Part shown: positions 1 to 12,826 of the stretch, piece after piece | Numbering within the stretch: the stretch's first letter is position 1 | Layout of the letters: every line of letters starts with the position of its first letter | Origin: Octopus bimaculoides | Taxonomy: Eukaryota | Assembly (NCBI RefSeq): GCF_001194135.2 | Contig: NC_068985.1 | Span: forward strand, 100,927,081 to 100,976,494 | Direction of reading: 5' to 3' | DNA: 49,414 bases | Translations under genes and position numbers: made by a program | Notes under the pieces: model-generated | The model's database searches: none | Seen by the model: the letters and a program-made list of their open reading frames with translations, nothing else | Told to the model about the DNA's origin: nothing

Positions 1-1004
1 AAGGATAGTCAGAGGAAAACTAATTGCATTCCTTGAAGAAAAGAAATTGCTGAGTGATACCCAACATGGCTTTCGACCAGGTAGGAGCTGCCTGACCAAG
101 CTCTTACAACATTATGACTGGGTGTTGAGGCAGTTACTGGGTGTTGACAAAGTGGATCATGGTGTGATATGCCACAAACTGCGTGATCTTGGCATAGCTG
201 GAAAACTTGGAGAGTGGTTACATGACTTTCTGAAAGATAGAAGTCAGGCAGTAGTGGCTAATGGAGCCACCTCTATGAAAACACAAATAATGAGCGGTGT
301 TCCACAGGGCACTGTCTTGGGACCACTGCTTTTTATAGTCGCTCTCTCAGATATGCCTTCAAGTGCCCGGATAGCCACACTTGCAAGCTACGCAGACGAT
401 ACGAAAGTCTCGCAGAAAATACAGAACTCCAGTGGCGTTGCACACCTGCAGCAGGAGTTGGACTCAGTTTACAGATGGGATGAGGATAATAATATGCAGT
501 TTAATGCTGAAAAATTCCAAGCCCTGCGCTACCAACGCTCAAAACTGAATATGAAACTTACAGAGTACACTGGTCCGCAGGGAATTTCAATCCCAGATCC
601 TAAATCAGTGAGNNNNNNNNNNNNNNNNNNNNNNNNNNNNNNNNNNNNNNNNNNNNNNNNNNNNNNNNNNNNNNNNNNNNNNNNNNNNNNNNNNNNNNNN
701 NNNNNNNNNNNNNNNNNNNNNNNNNNNNNNNNNNNNNNNNNNNNNNNNNNNNNNNNNNNNNNNNNNNNNNNNNNNNNNNNNNNNNAGATGTAGGGGTTTT
801 TAAATCAAAGCTGGACCTCTTCCTGTCGAGAGTCCCAGATGAACCTACCTCGCGAAAGGAGGTGCAAAAGAGGGTTGCTAAATCAAACTCCATTCTTCAC
901 CAAGTGCCACAAATTGTAAGAGGCTCCGTGTAATAACAGTGTAGCAACACGGCGGTGCATCAGGATGGCCGCAGCTCTAAGCTGAAACTGTAATAAAAAA
1001 AAAA
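1..1004 (+). mobile_element. 3' portion of a CR1/L2-group non-LTR retrotransposon (RT domain, C-terminus, 3' UTR, A-tail), interrupted by an assembly gap
   Basis: Open frame from nt 2: RIVRGKLIAFLEEKKLLSDTQHGFRPGRSC...SGVPQGTVLGPLLF...YADDTK...MQFNAEK. After the gap (613-785), DVGVFKSKLDLFLSRVPDEP... runs 787-933 (stop), followed by a short UTR with a CAGCT-cta-AGCTG hairpin and an A-run at 995-1004. QHGFR, GVPQG, YADD and the LDxFLxxVPDEP tail are typical of this LINE group. Confidence 0.9.
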
Positions 1005-1296
1005 TGCATGTATGTATGAATCGACAGTGCTTTCCATTTTTGCCCTCATATAATTGAAATCTCAACATATTTTTTCTATTGCACCGAATTTTAGATTTGT
1101 AAATCAAAATCTAGCTTAGGATGTGACAAATATCAACTTTGGTGGTAAAATAAAAAAAAATAAAAAAGTCAGAAATTAGTAACAAAGCGTAGAAGTGGTC
1201 GTGAGTGAGTAAATTTCACCTGAAGAATATTATTCATACACGGCTGTTTGTGAATAAGACCTAAATACTGAATAGAATCAAACATTTCACAATATT

Positions 1297-1512
1297 GGTT
1301 TCCAATGTTGAAAGAAGGCCATCAAATCTGGAGAGGAAGCGAGTTGATTACATCGATCTCAGTGCTCAGCGCAGCTCAGCTGATATTTATTTTATCGAGT
1401 ACCGGAAAAGATGACATTGGCGGAATATGAACTCAAAATATAGAGACGGACGAAATGTCACGAAACTTTCACTCTGCGAATTAACGATTCAACCAGCTCG
1501 TCGTCTTAGTAG
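1297..1512 (-). mobile_element. Degenerate tRNA-derived SINE (family A)
   Basis: Shares blocks with the 41244-41439 copy (gattacatcgatctcagt, tattttatcga, ggcggaatatgaactc, gacgaaat, ccagctcgtcgtctt). Confidence 0.7.
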
Positions 1513-1815
1513 TGTAATGATTAATAAAATTACTTGAAGCAAAATATAGATTTATTAAAAAAAATATTCAGACTCAAAGACGATTACAGGCGTTATTCTC
1601 CCGTTTGTGACCTCACATGTTTGACTCAAAGTTTTTTCCACTAAACTAATTTTAAAATTCTTAGCTCGAAATGTAGCTTAAGATGCGAGCATTCTAAGAA
1701 TTCTAAACAACAGCTAATTTGGTTACAAAATGATTTACTGGCAAAACTTAGAATTGGTCCCAAGTGGGTAGATGTTGACCTTAAGAACAGTATTCACACA
1801 TTATCGTCTGTGAAG

Positions 1816-1848
<33 letters not shown>

Positions 1849-3471
1849 NNNNNNNNNNNNNNNNNNNNNNNNNNNNNNNNNNNNNNNNNNNNNNNNNNNN
1901 NNNNNNNNNNNNNNNNNNNNNNNNNNNNNNNNNNNNNNNNNNNNNNNNNNNNNNNNNNNNNNNNNNNNNNNNNNNNNNNNNNNNNNNNNNNNNNNNNNNN
2001 NNNNNNNNNNNNNNNNNNNNNNNNNNNNNNNNNNNNNNNNNNNNNNNNNNNNNNNNNNNNNNNNNNNNNNNNNNNNNNNNNNNNNNNNNNNNNNNNNNNN
2101 NNNNNNNNNNNNNNNNNNNNNNNNNNNNNNNNNNNNNNNNNNNNNNNNNNNNNNNNNNNTATATATATAAATATATGCATACGTAGTGTTTGTATATGTG
2201 AAAGTGTGTTATGTTGTAAAGGAACATTTTACATAGTATGGGTAGGTGTGTAAACCTTTGGAGCCTATTATAATATGCCAATAATATCTCGTACTCGAAA
2301 ATAATTTGTTCCATGCAACAATTTGCGATATGAAGTGCCTGTAAAACAGGACGTGATGCACCATGAATCATTAGTCTTCAATTTCGGAAGACATTTTTGA
2401 AAAAGATAATATTGATTTCACATATGATTGTACCATACACTTCATCCCGTTGTTAACCTCGTAATTATAGGCCTCGTTACGTAAATTGTGCAATAACAGT
2501 GTATAATAATGGTTAAGTTTGTAGCAATCGATTGTTTTATGAGGCAGCGTAGTTAGAAGTGCGTAACTCCAAGCCGCATCCTACATGAACTTGGAGGTGC
2601 TGACTTCGATAATTATATCTGCTTATTCGTGCAGTTTTAGCAGAACAAGCTAAGCTCCCTCATCAGTATATACTGGGAAAGATAACATTGTTATGTTGGA
2701 TGCCCCTTTCTAATTGTGGCTGCTGTCGCTTAATTACAAAATCACCATTAATAATCTCATGTTTCTAAAAACAAATTTCTAGAGCATTATGAATTGGATG
2801 AATAACGAGGGAAGCAAAAGTATAAAGATATTTTGCACATTACAAACATCGTTGTACTAAGGACCTGTACAATAACTAAATCGAATGAATACGTTTACAA
2901 TTTATAGCATAAGAAATAATAGAATACATTCTTTCGGGTTTCATAAAACAATCTGCTCATATTTCCTTCCCTTTTCGTCGTTTGCCAAATCTATAATGGT
3001 ATGTGAAATACATTGTTTTCTTTCAAAATATGTATGCGGTTTTGGTAGAAATTAAAACACATCGCTTAGTGATTTATGTTTTAAATTCTGCTGCACTATT
3101 CGACTGTGGAGGAAATATAAGTTGTTTTAAATGTAGGCAAATTTCCATTGTTGAAAAATAATTTAGTTAGCTTATTAGTTTTAGGAATAAGTTGTGAAGC
3201 TAATTACATTAAGCCTCAATCTTTTAATAAAGGTTTAATTAATCAATGAAGTGAGGATGCTTGAATGTCCCCTCAGGCAAAACTAATTAGTAGCCCCTCT
3301 CAATAGGAATTTCGTTATAACTGCATATGTATATATAAACGTGTTTCTATGGGTGTAGAAGAAAATAGAATAAGGATTCCTTGTTTCTGTGTATGCATGT
3401 ATGTACGTATGCTTTCTGTACGTATGTATGTATGCATGTGTATCTGGCTATCTATCCAAATATCAATCTCT

Positions 3472-3472
<1 letters not shown>

Positions 3473-3518
<46 letters not shown>
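3473..3518. repeat. (TATC)n microsatellite
   Basis: Direct reading. Confidence 0.95.
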
Positions 3519-4986
3519 CTCTTCTCACTCCTTCCTCTCTTTCTCGCTATGTATATATATATATATATAATGTATACANNNNNNNNNNNNNNNNNNNNNN
3601 NNNNNNNNNNNNNNNNNNNNNNNNATACACTTTATGTAGCATTAAATTGAAATTCTTTACGTACTACCTTTCTTTTCTCTTTTTCTAAATTGATAAATTG
3701 ATAAATGGTATTCTGTAATAATTTATTTCAATATAAATGTGTTATGTAATATGTTATTGCACTGATCTAAGACATTAAGGAATGGAGCGTTCAATTACCT
3801 GTATGTCAGACTGCCACATGGCCTGAGCGGAGAAAATGGCAAAGGAACTGCCCCGGAGGATGGCGTGTGAGAGGTGCAAGAACAACCTCACTGATTCACG
3901 GGGCTCACATTTGGCGTCAGCCATCTCCACTCCGATAGATGTGAGCAGCGATATGAACCGGAGAAGAAAAAAATCGCAGGAGACCGACCTTGAAAATGTG
4001 CTTATATTAGCCTGGCGGGCAGCAGAGTCTATGCTGATTTTCATTTGCTTCATTTTGGGGAGTGGTGTTGCTTAGAATACATAAGCAGTGGAAAATATCC
4101 TTCTCATCTGCCATGTACAATAACTAAATGTTTAAGCATCTTAAAGAATGGCATACTCCACTGTTTAAACTTAATATGCGGTATTTAACACACTCTATCA
4201 TCATGGATAATATGGGTTAAAAAGGATTATGAAATGATTGTAAAGGAAAAAAAATAAATGATTTTGAAACATGTCTAACCAATATGACATTTATGTTACA
4301 TCGATATTCTAAACTCAGTCCTCTCTCCCTCTCTCTTTCTCCACCTCTCTCTCTCCCACTCGCTCTCAGATATATTATATAGTCTTCGACTGACAGAGCG
4401 CACTCTTGGCCATATAACGTTTCTGCAAAAAATACCCATTTAGAGGCAGCTGGAGAGAAGTGTGCAGAGGCACCTCACTGACAATCCAGAAGATAACTGG
4501 AAGATGACTGGAAACTGGTATTGCATGTTGTAGGGCAAAAAGCATGCCTGTCGATCCTGGACTTTAATATTGATTTACCATCATATATATGGGCTGCGGC
4601 AATAATATAATCTCTACTTTAATATCACTTATTAATCTTTCGTTAGTAAAACGTACAGAGTCTGTTTGGTGTGTGTACATAAAATTACTTCAAACTATGT
4701 TCTACATATATGCTAAGATGGGGTTCATATAGAAGGTGTTATGTATTCATGTATAACAACAGGAACAAACATATAATAAGATTTAATTAAAAGCAGAGAA
4801 AATGATAAAAGATAGGGTTCTTTCATTTTACTTGCATACAAATATACATTTTATGTGTTTATACGAAAGCAAGTGGGCACGATTACGAGTCGTTATCGTA
4901 CACAAATATTTAAAATTCACCGTTTACCACTAATATTGGGTAATATCTATTTGTGTGTCTATATAAATATCTCTATATCTCTCTCT

Positions 4987-4988
<2 letters not shown>

Positions 4989-5029
<41 letters not shown>

Positions 5030-5039
5030 NNNNNNNNNN

Positions 5040-5087
<48 letters not shown>

Positions 5088-5088
5088 A
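4989..5088. repeat. Compound (TA)n/(TG)n microsatellite spanning a 10-N gap
   Basis: Direct reading. Confidence 0.95.
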
Positions 5089-6145
5089 TGTATGTATATG
5101 TGTGAGAATGCATCCACACATGCACATACACACACAAACATACACATATGTATAATTTTTTGTATGCAAACTTGGTTGTATGCCTGTACATATATTAGAC
5201 ATCCATCTATTACTGCTAGAATGTATTGTCACTTCGTTCTAAAGAATATATACATGTTTTATGATATATGGGGTTGATGAAGACGTAGCTTTATTTAAAT
5301 ATTTATGTGATGCAGAATGTTTCAGCGGAAGAAATATAGCAGAAAAAGAAAGCATTAGAATATAGAAAAAAAATCGCTAATATAGGGCAGATAAAAATGA
5401 GAAAGAACAGCAAAAAAACACTAAGAAAATTCAGTGCACGAAAAATGTAGATATACCAAAAAATCTTGAATGTGTGAAATTCTGCTCTGTGAATTACGTA
5501 AACGGGCAAAATGGATTTTGACAGAAATATATAGGATTCAAAATGAAATATGAAATTTTGAATACAGAAATATAAGTATATGTTATTCTGTAATATACAT
5601 ATGTATATATGCATGTATTTGTGGCTTTATACAGTTTTAAATATCGAAATATATCTTTCATATATTTCGTCCCAGATAATGAATAAGCGCGTAGAGACAT
5701 ATATATATATATATAAACACAGGAAATTCTCTCACCTCACGCATCCATCCGTATTATTATATAGATACATATTTAAGAACGTCATTATGATATTTATATC
5801 TCACATATTTGACGATATCAAATCACTTAATACTCTATCTCATCCTGGCGTTCTCTGTCTTGAAACCCCTGCCTTTACTCTCTCTTCCACGCCCTTGCCC
5901 TCCTGCTTTACATCTTCCTCAATTTATCTCATACACAAACAATCTCGCGCAAATATAAACATAATGCACTCCGAATGAGTGCATATGTATGCATGTGTTT
6001 GTCTATGTGTATGTGCGTTTGAGTGTGTGTATTTGTGTGTTTATCAGTTTGGGTATGCGCGTATGTGTGTGTGTGTGTGTGTGTTGTGTCTTTGAGATTG
6101 AATTTGGCGGAATCAGAAAGATTGTAAATATAATCAACACATATA

Positions 6146-7140
6146 TTATTGTTATTGCTGTTGTTATTATTATTATTGTTATTGAAACTAAGCTCAGGTT
6201 AGGTTTTATTTCTGGTGGGAATTATATGGGGCATTTTTGGCAGTCTTTCAAGTGCTTAGAACCGTCCTGATAATCCTTGCTGTCCCTCAGAGGCAGACTT
6301 TCTTAAGTAAATGTACCGGGAATTCTATTTCAGTCTCCTTTAGCTATTTGTCTCAATTTTTACTGTTCTCAAGCTCTAAATTCTTCCTATTTCAAATTTT
6401 AAAGGATTATATTTCCTTTTCCTTTTTCTTTTTTTTATGATTCTGGAATCAAACGAGCATGATTGGTCGATAAGTAAGTAAATTCACTTTTCCTTATCTA
6501 AGAGCGTAATATCTGATCTATTATTTTCTAACATTGTGTCCGTTTGAAAAGAAAGTCCCCCAAATACCTTACATTTCTCCGTCTCAACATTTCTGCCACA
6601 GTATGCAGTGCAAAGCATTTACAACCTGGTCGTGCCTCTATTTCTTATATTCTTCCTGTGCCAGCTTGTCGCATTCGGTGACAATTTCTGCCTCTGCTAC
6701 GTTCAATGGTTCACATTCTCTCCATATGTATTTTTCTCAAATTGTTTCTTTTTAACGCTTGATCAGGAGCTGCAACGTTATTAGGCTCTCTGTTTTTTTT
6801 TAATTTTTTGATTGCTCCTTTTTTAACCAAGACCAGGATATTGCTCCACTTATATCTTCAGTGGCTCTCCAAAATTGGCCAAGTAGTGGTTTACCTTCAG
6901 TCTGCATGGCGTGCTCTCTTTGTATTTCATTATTATCATTTTCTCCTATTACATGCTTCATAACCTCTCCTTTCTTAACAGCCTTTAGTAGTTATTTAGA
7001 TCTGTACACATTCATCTACTGCTGTTAAACCTCTTCCACCTGTTATTTCATCAAGTACAGCCAAATGTGAACCACTTATTGCCATCTGTGCTTCAAAACT
7101 ACCTTTCTTGCACTTGCAGTTGTAGCTGGAGTTTTAGTGC
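6146..7140 (-). mobile_element. Decayed 3' part of an R4/Dong-type RLE non-LTR retrotransposon (post-RT region, CCHC region, restriction-like endonuclease, (AAT)n tail)
   Basis: Minus-strand translation across stops and frameshifts: WLYL..GGRGLTAVDECV; GKPLLGQFWRATEDISGAISWSWLKKG; AAPDQAL; IVTECDKLAQEEYKK*RHDQVVNALH; ENNRSDITLLDKEK*IYLLIDQSCSFDSRI; LRKSA..GTARIIRTVLST* (stop at 6248-6250). An (AAT)-rich tail follows at about 6146-6184. These motifs match the R4/Dong C-terminal pattern. Confidence 0.85.
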
Positions 7141-7216
7141 TACACTAACCCGAACGCTTATTAAACATACATGCGTTACATCATTATAAGGATGTATATA
7201 TAAATATAAATAAACG

Positions 7217-7218
<2 letters not shown>

Positions 7219-7268
<50 letters not shown>

Positions 7269-7303
7269 CATATTTTGTTAATAATGATATGGAGTGCTAG
7301 ATG

Positions 7304-7341
<38 letters not shown>

Positions 7342-7357
7342 GTGTGTGTGTGTGTGG
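7219..7357. repeat. (TA)n and (TG)n microsatellites
   Basis: Direct reading. Confidence 0.9.
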
Positions 7358-7844
7358 GGGGTGTATACGAATGATTGTATATATGTATGTTTGTATATAT
7401 GCAAACTATGTATGTATATATCATTTTGAGAACAGATACTGAACATTTTATCACTGTGTATTACAAGAGTGCACGTCTGCAAAAGAGTTCTACAACAAGA
7501 AAATCGTTTTAATGGCAAAGCATGGTCTCAGAACAAAATCAAATAAAATACCATACAATTTCAATAAAGCTTATTCCCATCTGTGCTATTTTATGTACCG
7601 AATTATGTATATCTTAGATTTTATTTGACATCAAACTGAAAGTAATCCACATACAAAATTGAATTATTTATTTCATAAGATCGGTTAGTTTCAGTTTTAT
7701 ACACACTGATGTTTCGAAATTGAAGCTAATATGTTGTCATTCAGTTTTGAATTAATAATATGAAATTAGGAATATTCAAATACTTCAAATCTGTGAAAAG
7801 AATCGAACTAAATACACTTAGGAGCGCACATACTCATACAAATA

Positions 7845-7893
<49 letters not shown>

Positions 7894-8713
7894 CACGTAC
7901 ACGCGCACACATACATCTATATAAATATATATGTGCAAATATGTATTTATGTATATACTACATTATACATTGCATTTCATGTTTATCTGCAACGATGGTT
8001 TAACAATGTTTTGTAAGAGAGTTGAATTATATGAAAATTGTTTGATAGTCTCACTGAGAAATGTTTCTCGTTGGTAATATAAAGTAAGAATTGTAACACC
8101 AGATAATCATGAAATAAGTTTCGATCGAAATTTACATCGGTTATAAACCATACATTAAGCAAACATAGCAGAGTATCTGAAAACGAACTTGCAGATAATT
8201 GACTATGAAATAATATATAAAATTTTTCGTAGCTCTCAGAGCAGTGAATATTGCCTACGGAACAAAAGCGATAATATTTTTGAGTCTCCTAATGGTTTAT
8301 ATTATATAATATAATTACAGCTAGAGTATAATAATATACGGAAGATAACAAGAAAATAATATGCAGAATTTAAAGCGGCAATACAGTAATGCATGAAGAG
8401 GAAAAGAGATTGAATTACTAAGTAAATAAATATATAAATGTCAGATTAATAAAGACTACTACGTGCCAATCTTGGGATATAAGAGATGAATATTAGATAT
8501 AGCAAGTCATGAGGAAATGTGAATATGTTCAGAAAAGCAATGAATATACAAAATCGAAGAACAATACTTCAAAATTATACGATATCCGGAGTAATATAAT
8601 TCAAGGAATTAAGTTTGAATGATCCTACAGTTAGAGATGTCCATGATTATATGTGATATTTAGTTTTGCCAAAGTTTATATACGCATATACACAAACATA
8701 TATGCATCTACGC

Positions 8714-8715
<2 letters not shown>

Positions 8716-8795
<80 letters not shown>

Positions 8796-8956
8796 GTGTG
8801 TGTGTGTGTGTGTACAAGAATATATTACTATGTATGACTATATCTATGCATATGCTTACATGAGCATATATGTGTGTGCGCGCTGGGGCTGCAAATATAT
8901 ATATATTTATATATATATCTATATATCTATATCTATCTATGTATCTATTTATCTAT

Positions 8957-8998
<42 letters not shown>

Positions 8999-8999
8999 T

Positions 9000-9033
<34 letters not shown>
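8716..9033. repeat. Compound (TA)n/(TG)n/(TATC)/(TC)n microsatellite cluster
   Basis: Direct reading. Confidence 0.9.
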
Positions 9034-9040
9034 ATTTATA

Positions 9041-9716
9041 AAAGTGTATAGTATACATACACAAATAGGTGATCCTGTACAGGATGCCTTACATGCTAGA
9101 GAGGGCATTCAAATACAACCCACGTAAAAAGGTAATTCCAAAGAGAATGAAAACAGCAATTATTTTATGTTAATCCCATACTGCAGTTTGTGTATTAATG
9201 AACACGTAAATTAATTTGTCATCTGTACTTCATTTGTGGGATCACCTAAGATAATGCATAACTATGTAGCAAATACGTAACGAAGTTCCACATGAGCTCC
9301 ACACTTATACATATATATTTTCAAATCAATCACGCAAGTGCAGTCATATTGTCAGCAGCAAATAATAAAATTAGAACTGCTTACCAAGCTTTGAAATCAT
9401 GAAAATTTTCCTCTGAAAATTATAAGGGTAGATCATTTAGAAAAAGATTCATACCGGTGGTTAGCATGCGTAATACAAGTCAATAGACTACTTATTTTCG
9501 TATATGAAAGTGTATAGTATTTATACACAAAGAGGCGACCCTTTACAAGACGCATTACTTGCCAGAGAGAGTAGCGTAACCCAAATGACGAACATAAGTA
9601 ATTCTAAAGAAAATGAAAACAACCATTATTTATAGTTAATCTCAAACTCGAGTTTCTCTTTTAATGAACAAATAATTAATTTGTCATCTGTACTTCATTA
9701 GTGGGAACGCCTTAAG
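9041..9716 (+). repeat. Diverged ~210-bp direct duplication (9041-9250 and 9507-9716)
   Basis: Both copies start aaagtgtatagtat, share aatgaaaaca, ttaatgaaca and aattaatttgtcatctgtacttcatt.gtggga, and end in taag. Confidence 0.85.
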
Positions 9717-11701
9717 CTACCATTCGTCCCGTTAGAACATTCTGTGTAACGAAACTTTCTTTAATAGGCTCGTAGCGTCTCCAACCCTACCACTGAATAA
9801 GTTTCCTGACTAAACGGCACATCACACGGATTCCTCATGATCTAGATGCAGAAAACATGATATAATTCAGACCACTACTGTTTTCAAATTAGATATATTG
9901 CTAAACTCTTTTTCAATATCTTCAACTCAATTTCCAATACCAGCATAAGTACGACTCTATTTTTAATGAATCCGTCATTAAAATTTCGTAATTAACAGCC
10001 ACAAACTTCGAATCTATCATACCTGCTTCTAATAGAAATAAACCTCGTAACTGCAGCTACTGTGAAACACAGATCGGGCTTCCAACTTAATCATGTAAAT
10101 TTTAATAACTATGCTTTATCGTTAGTAATCGACTGGACATAGAGCAGCATCATTAGGACTGGTAACTATGGTGAAGCGAATTCGAAACATTATCCTCTCG
10201 AGTTCTAGGGATGCTTGAAATCCGCAATTGTTTTATTGTTTTTGAATCTAATGTTGTTATATTACGAAAGTGATGATTAACCGCGTATAGTCAATTTAAC
10301 TAACTCGAATTCAAATACATTCTCTGAGGTTAGCCAGCATTGTTAACCGATATGAGCGAGCACGTTACCCAATAGGATTACATATATTTCTTAACTATTT
10401 TACGAAATTTCCTTTGATATATACATGTATATGTAAATGTATAGTTAAGGTATGCTCTGTAAAAAACGTAGTAGAGAAAAGTATAAATCTCGTCTACCTT
10501 TAGATTTCAAACTGTGCTATCCAGTAGTAGTATTATACTTACATGTTTGCGTTTGGGCTTCTGTCGTATGTGAGTATATATATCAAATACAGAATAATAG
10601 ATGGAGACTAAATGTATTAGCCACTTCATGTATGTCTGATTGTCAAATATAAGTTCTCAGTTTAAAATGTTAAGAAGAATAAAAATTTAATATTTATTCC
10701 TTTTAAATAAAGATGTTCAGTTTCGCTTTGAGAAATGTTTCGATATTTACTTTCCATTCAGAACGTGATGCACTTTCGGAAGATATTATATGGTTGAAGT
10801 ATGTTTGCAAGATTATACTACCTTCAATGATTATATCTTGATATACAACGCAGAATATTTACTATTTCATTATCTCTAAGTAATTATAATCTTTTTACGA
10901 TGATAATGAATGAGGAAATTAAATTGTAAACTCCACATGAATATAATATAACACTTGATGTAAACAACTCCTTTTCAAAGGATTACATTGCAAATGATAT
11001 TTTCACATGTGTATGTATGCCAATGTGTGTAGATGTAAATGTGTTGGTGTGTATATGTAAGTATGTATGGATGTATATAAATATATACATATATATTTAT
11101 ATATACATATATGCATATAGTATATATATATATATATATATAAATATGTAATTATATATATATGCGTGTGTGTGTACTTGTGAGTGATTATACACACACA
11201 CACATGTATACATATAACTGTTACAACTGTTTGTTATTTACACACCCGTCTTCGTCTTTTGCTTTTTGTAAACTCTCACTATATATATATATATATATAT
11301 ATATGTACATGTACATACATATATATGTGTGCATGTGTGTGTGTGCGTGAGTGTTTGTGTACAGAGTGGGAGTTATATTAATCCATGTTATTTTACGAAT
11401 GAAACGAACATGAATTTATTCAATAAATTTTAGTCATGAAAATGAGAAATATGGCAAATATTTTGTCATATTCTTGTTGTGTTCAGCAACGCGTATGCAT
11501 GCAGTAAATGACAATTACATGCGACATGTAATATGTTTTGCGTTCAATAAAATTGCTATACCTACAACTGAAACTCGCTTCTCAGATGCCTCAAAATACC
11601 AATCTTAATGCTTTACATATATTCGTATACGTATATTTTCAATTTTTAGCAGTTAAACCAAATTATTTAACCTGGAACTTTTAATATACTAGGACTAAAT
11701 T

Positions 11702-11916
11702 TAGGCGGTGACCTGACAGAATCGTTAGTATACAGGGCAAAATAATTAGCGGCATTTCATGTCTTGATATTCTGAGTTTAAATTTCGCCGAGATCGACTT
11801 TACTTATCATTTCGTAGTCAATAAAATAGGTACCAGTTGCGTACTGAGGTCGATGAAATCGAATTACCCCTCACTCGATGTTACTCATTTTGCGCCAAAA
11901 TTTGAAACGAAAATAT
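11702..11916 (+). mobile_element. tRNA-derived SINE (family A) with 12-bp target-site duplication
   Basis: Head taggcggtgacctgacagaatcgttag, B-box-like gagtttaaatttc, body gccgagatcgacttt...taccagttgcgtactgaggtcgatg. TSD taggactaaatt at 11690-11701 and 11917-11928. Confidence 0.85.
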
Positions 11917-12438
11917 TAGGACTAAATTCTTTTCTGACTCCATTAGAACAATTCTCGGATATTTATAAATAACACAAAAACAATTAAATAAATTCTAAAC
12001 TGCTGCTTTAAATCATCTTAATTAAAAGTTTGAAATCAAATTTTCTCTTGTTGCAGGAGACTCGAAGCATGCAAATATTCTCAAGTTTACTAAATAAAGC
12101 TCTTTGAATTCTAAATCCAATAATGACTGCAGACTGATAAATATTTCAAATCTAATTTGTTTTAAGTTTTTCAATTTCTGAAATATCTCTGAAATAGTCG
12201 TAGATTTTCGAAACATTTACATGTAAAAATTATGAAGATGATGATCATATCGACCTATAGCAGAGATAACAAATCTTTTCTATTTAGTGATTACGTTGCC
12301 GTCTCTCATGTAGGTTGTTGGAACAAGTAAGTATACTTTTGTTTTTGGATGATATTGAGTGACACTATATTCGATAGAAAGAAGTCTTGGTTTTGCATTT
12401 TTGATATTTCATTATAACCACTAGTATAAATAGTATAT

Positions 12439-12826
12439 GTGGAGGCGCAATGGCCCAGTGGTTAGGGCAGCGGACTCGCGGTCATAGGATCGCGGTTTCG
12501 ATTCCCAGACCGGGCGTTGTAAGTGTTTATTGAGCGAAAACTTCTAAAGCACCACGAGGCTCCGGCAGGGGATGGTGGCGAACCCTGCTGTACTCTTTCA
12601 CCACAACTTTCTCTCACTCTCACTTCCTGTTTCTGTTGTGCCTGTAATTCAAAGGGTCAGCCTTGTCAGACTGTGTCACGCTGAATATCCCCGAGAACTA
12701 CGTTAAGGGTACACGTGTCTGTGGAGTGTTCAGCCACTTGCACGTTAATTTCACGAGCAGGCTGTTCCGTTGATCGGATCAACTGGAACCCTCGACGTCG
12801 TAAGCGACGCAGAGCGAACAACAACA
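12439..12826 (+). mobile_element. Full-length tRNA-derived SINE (family B) with A/B boxes, (ACA)n tail and 11-bp TSD
   Basis: A-box tggcccagtgg (12451-12461); B-box ggtttcgattcc (12494-12505); GC-rich body; tail aacaacaacaa. TSD aaatagtatat at 12428-12438 and 12827-12837. Confidence 0.92.

Noticed and set aside
2600-2675. Second hammerhead candidate on the minus strand (CUGAUGAG-GGAGC...GUUC-U-GCUAAAAC)
   Set aside because: CUGAUGA is perfect, but no GAAA follows the putative stem II and stems I/III are not evident.
12441-12515. tRNA gene
   Set aside because: A/B boxes are present, but it continues into a 300-nt SINE body with tail and TSD, and the cloverleaf is imperfect.
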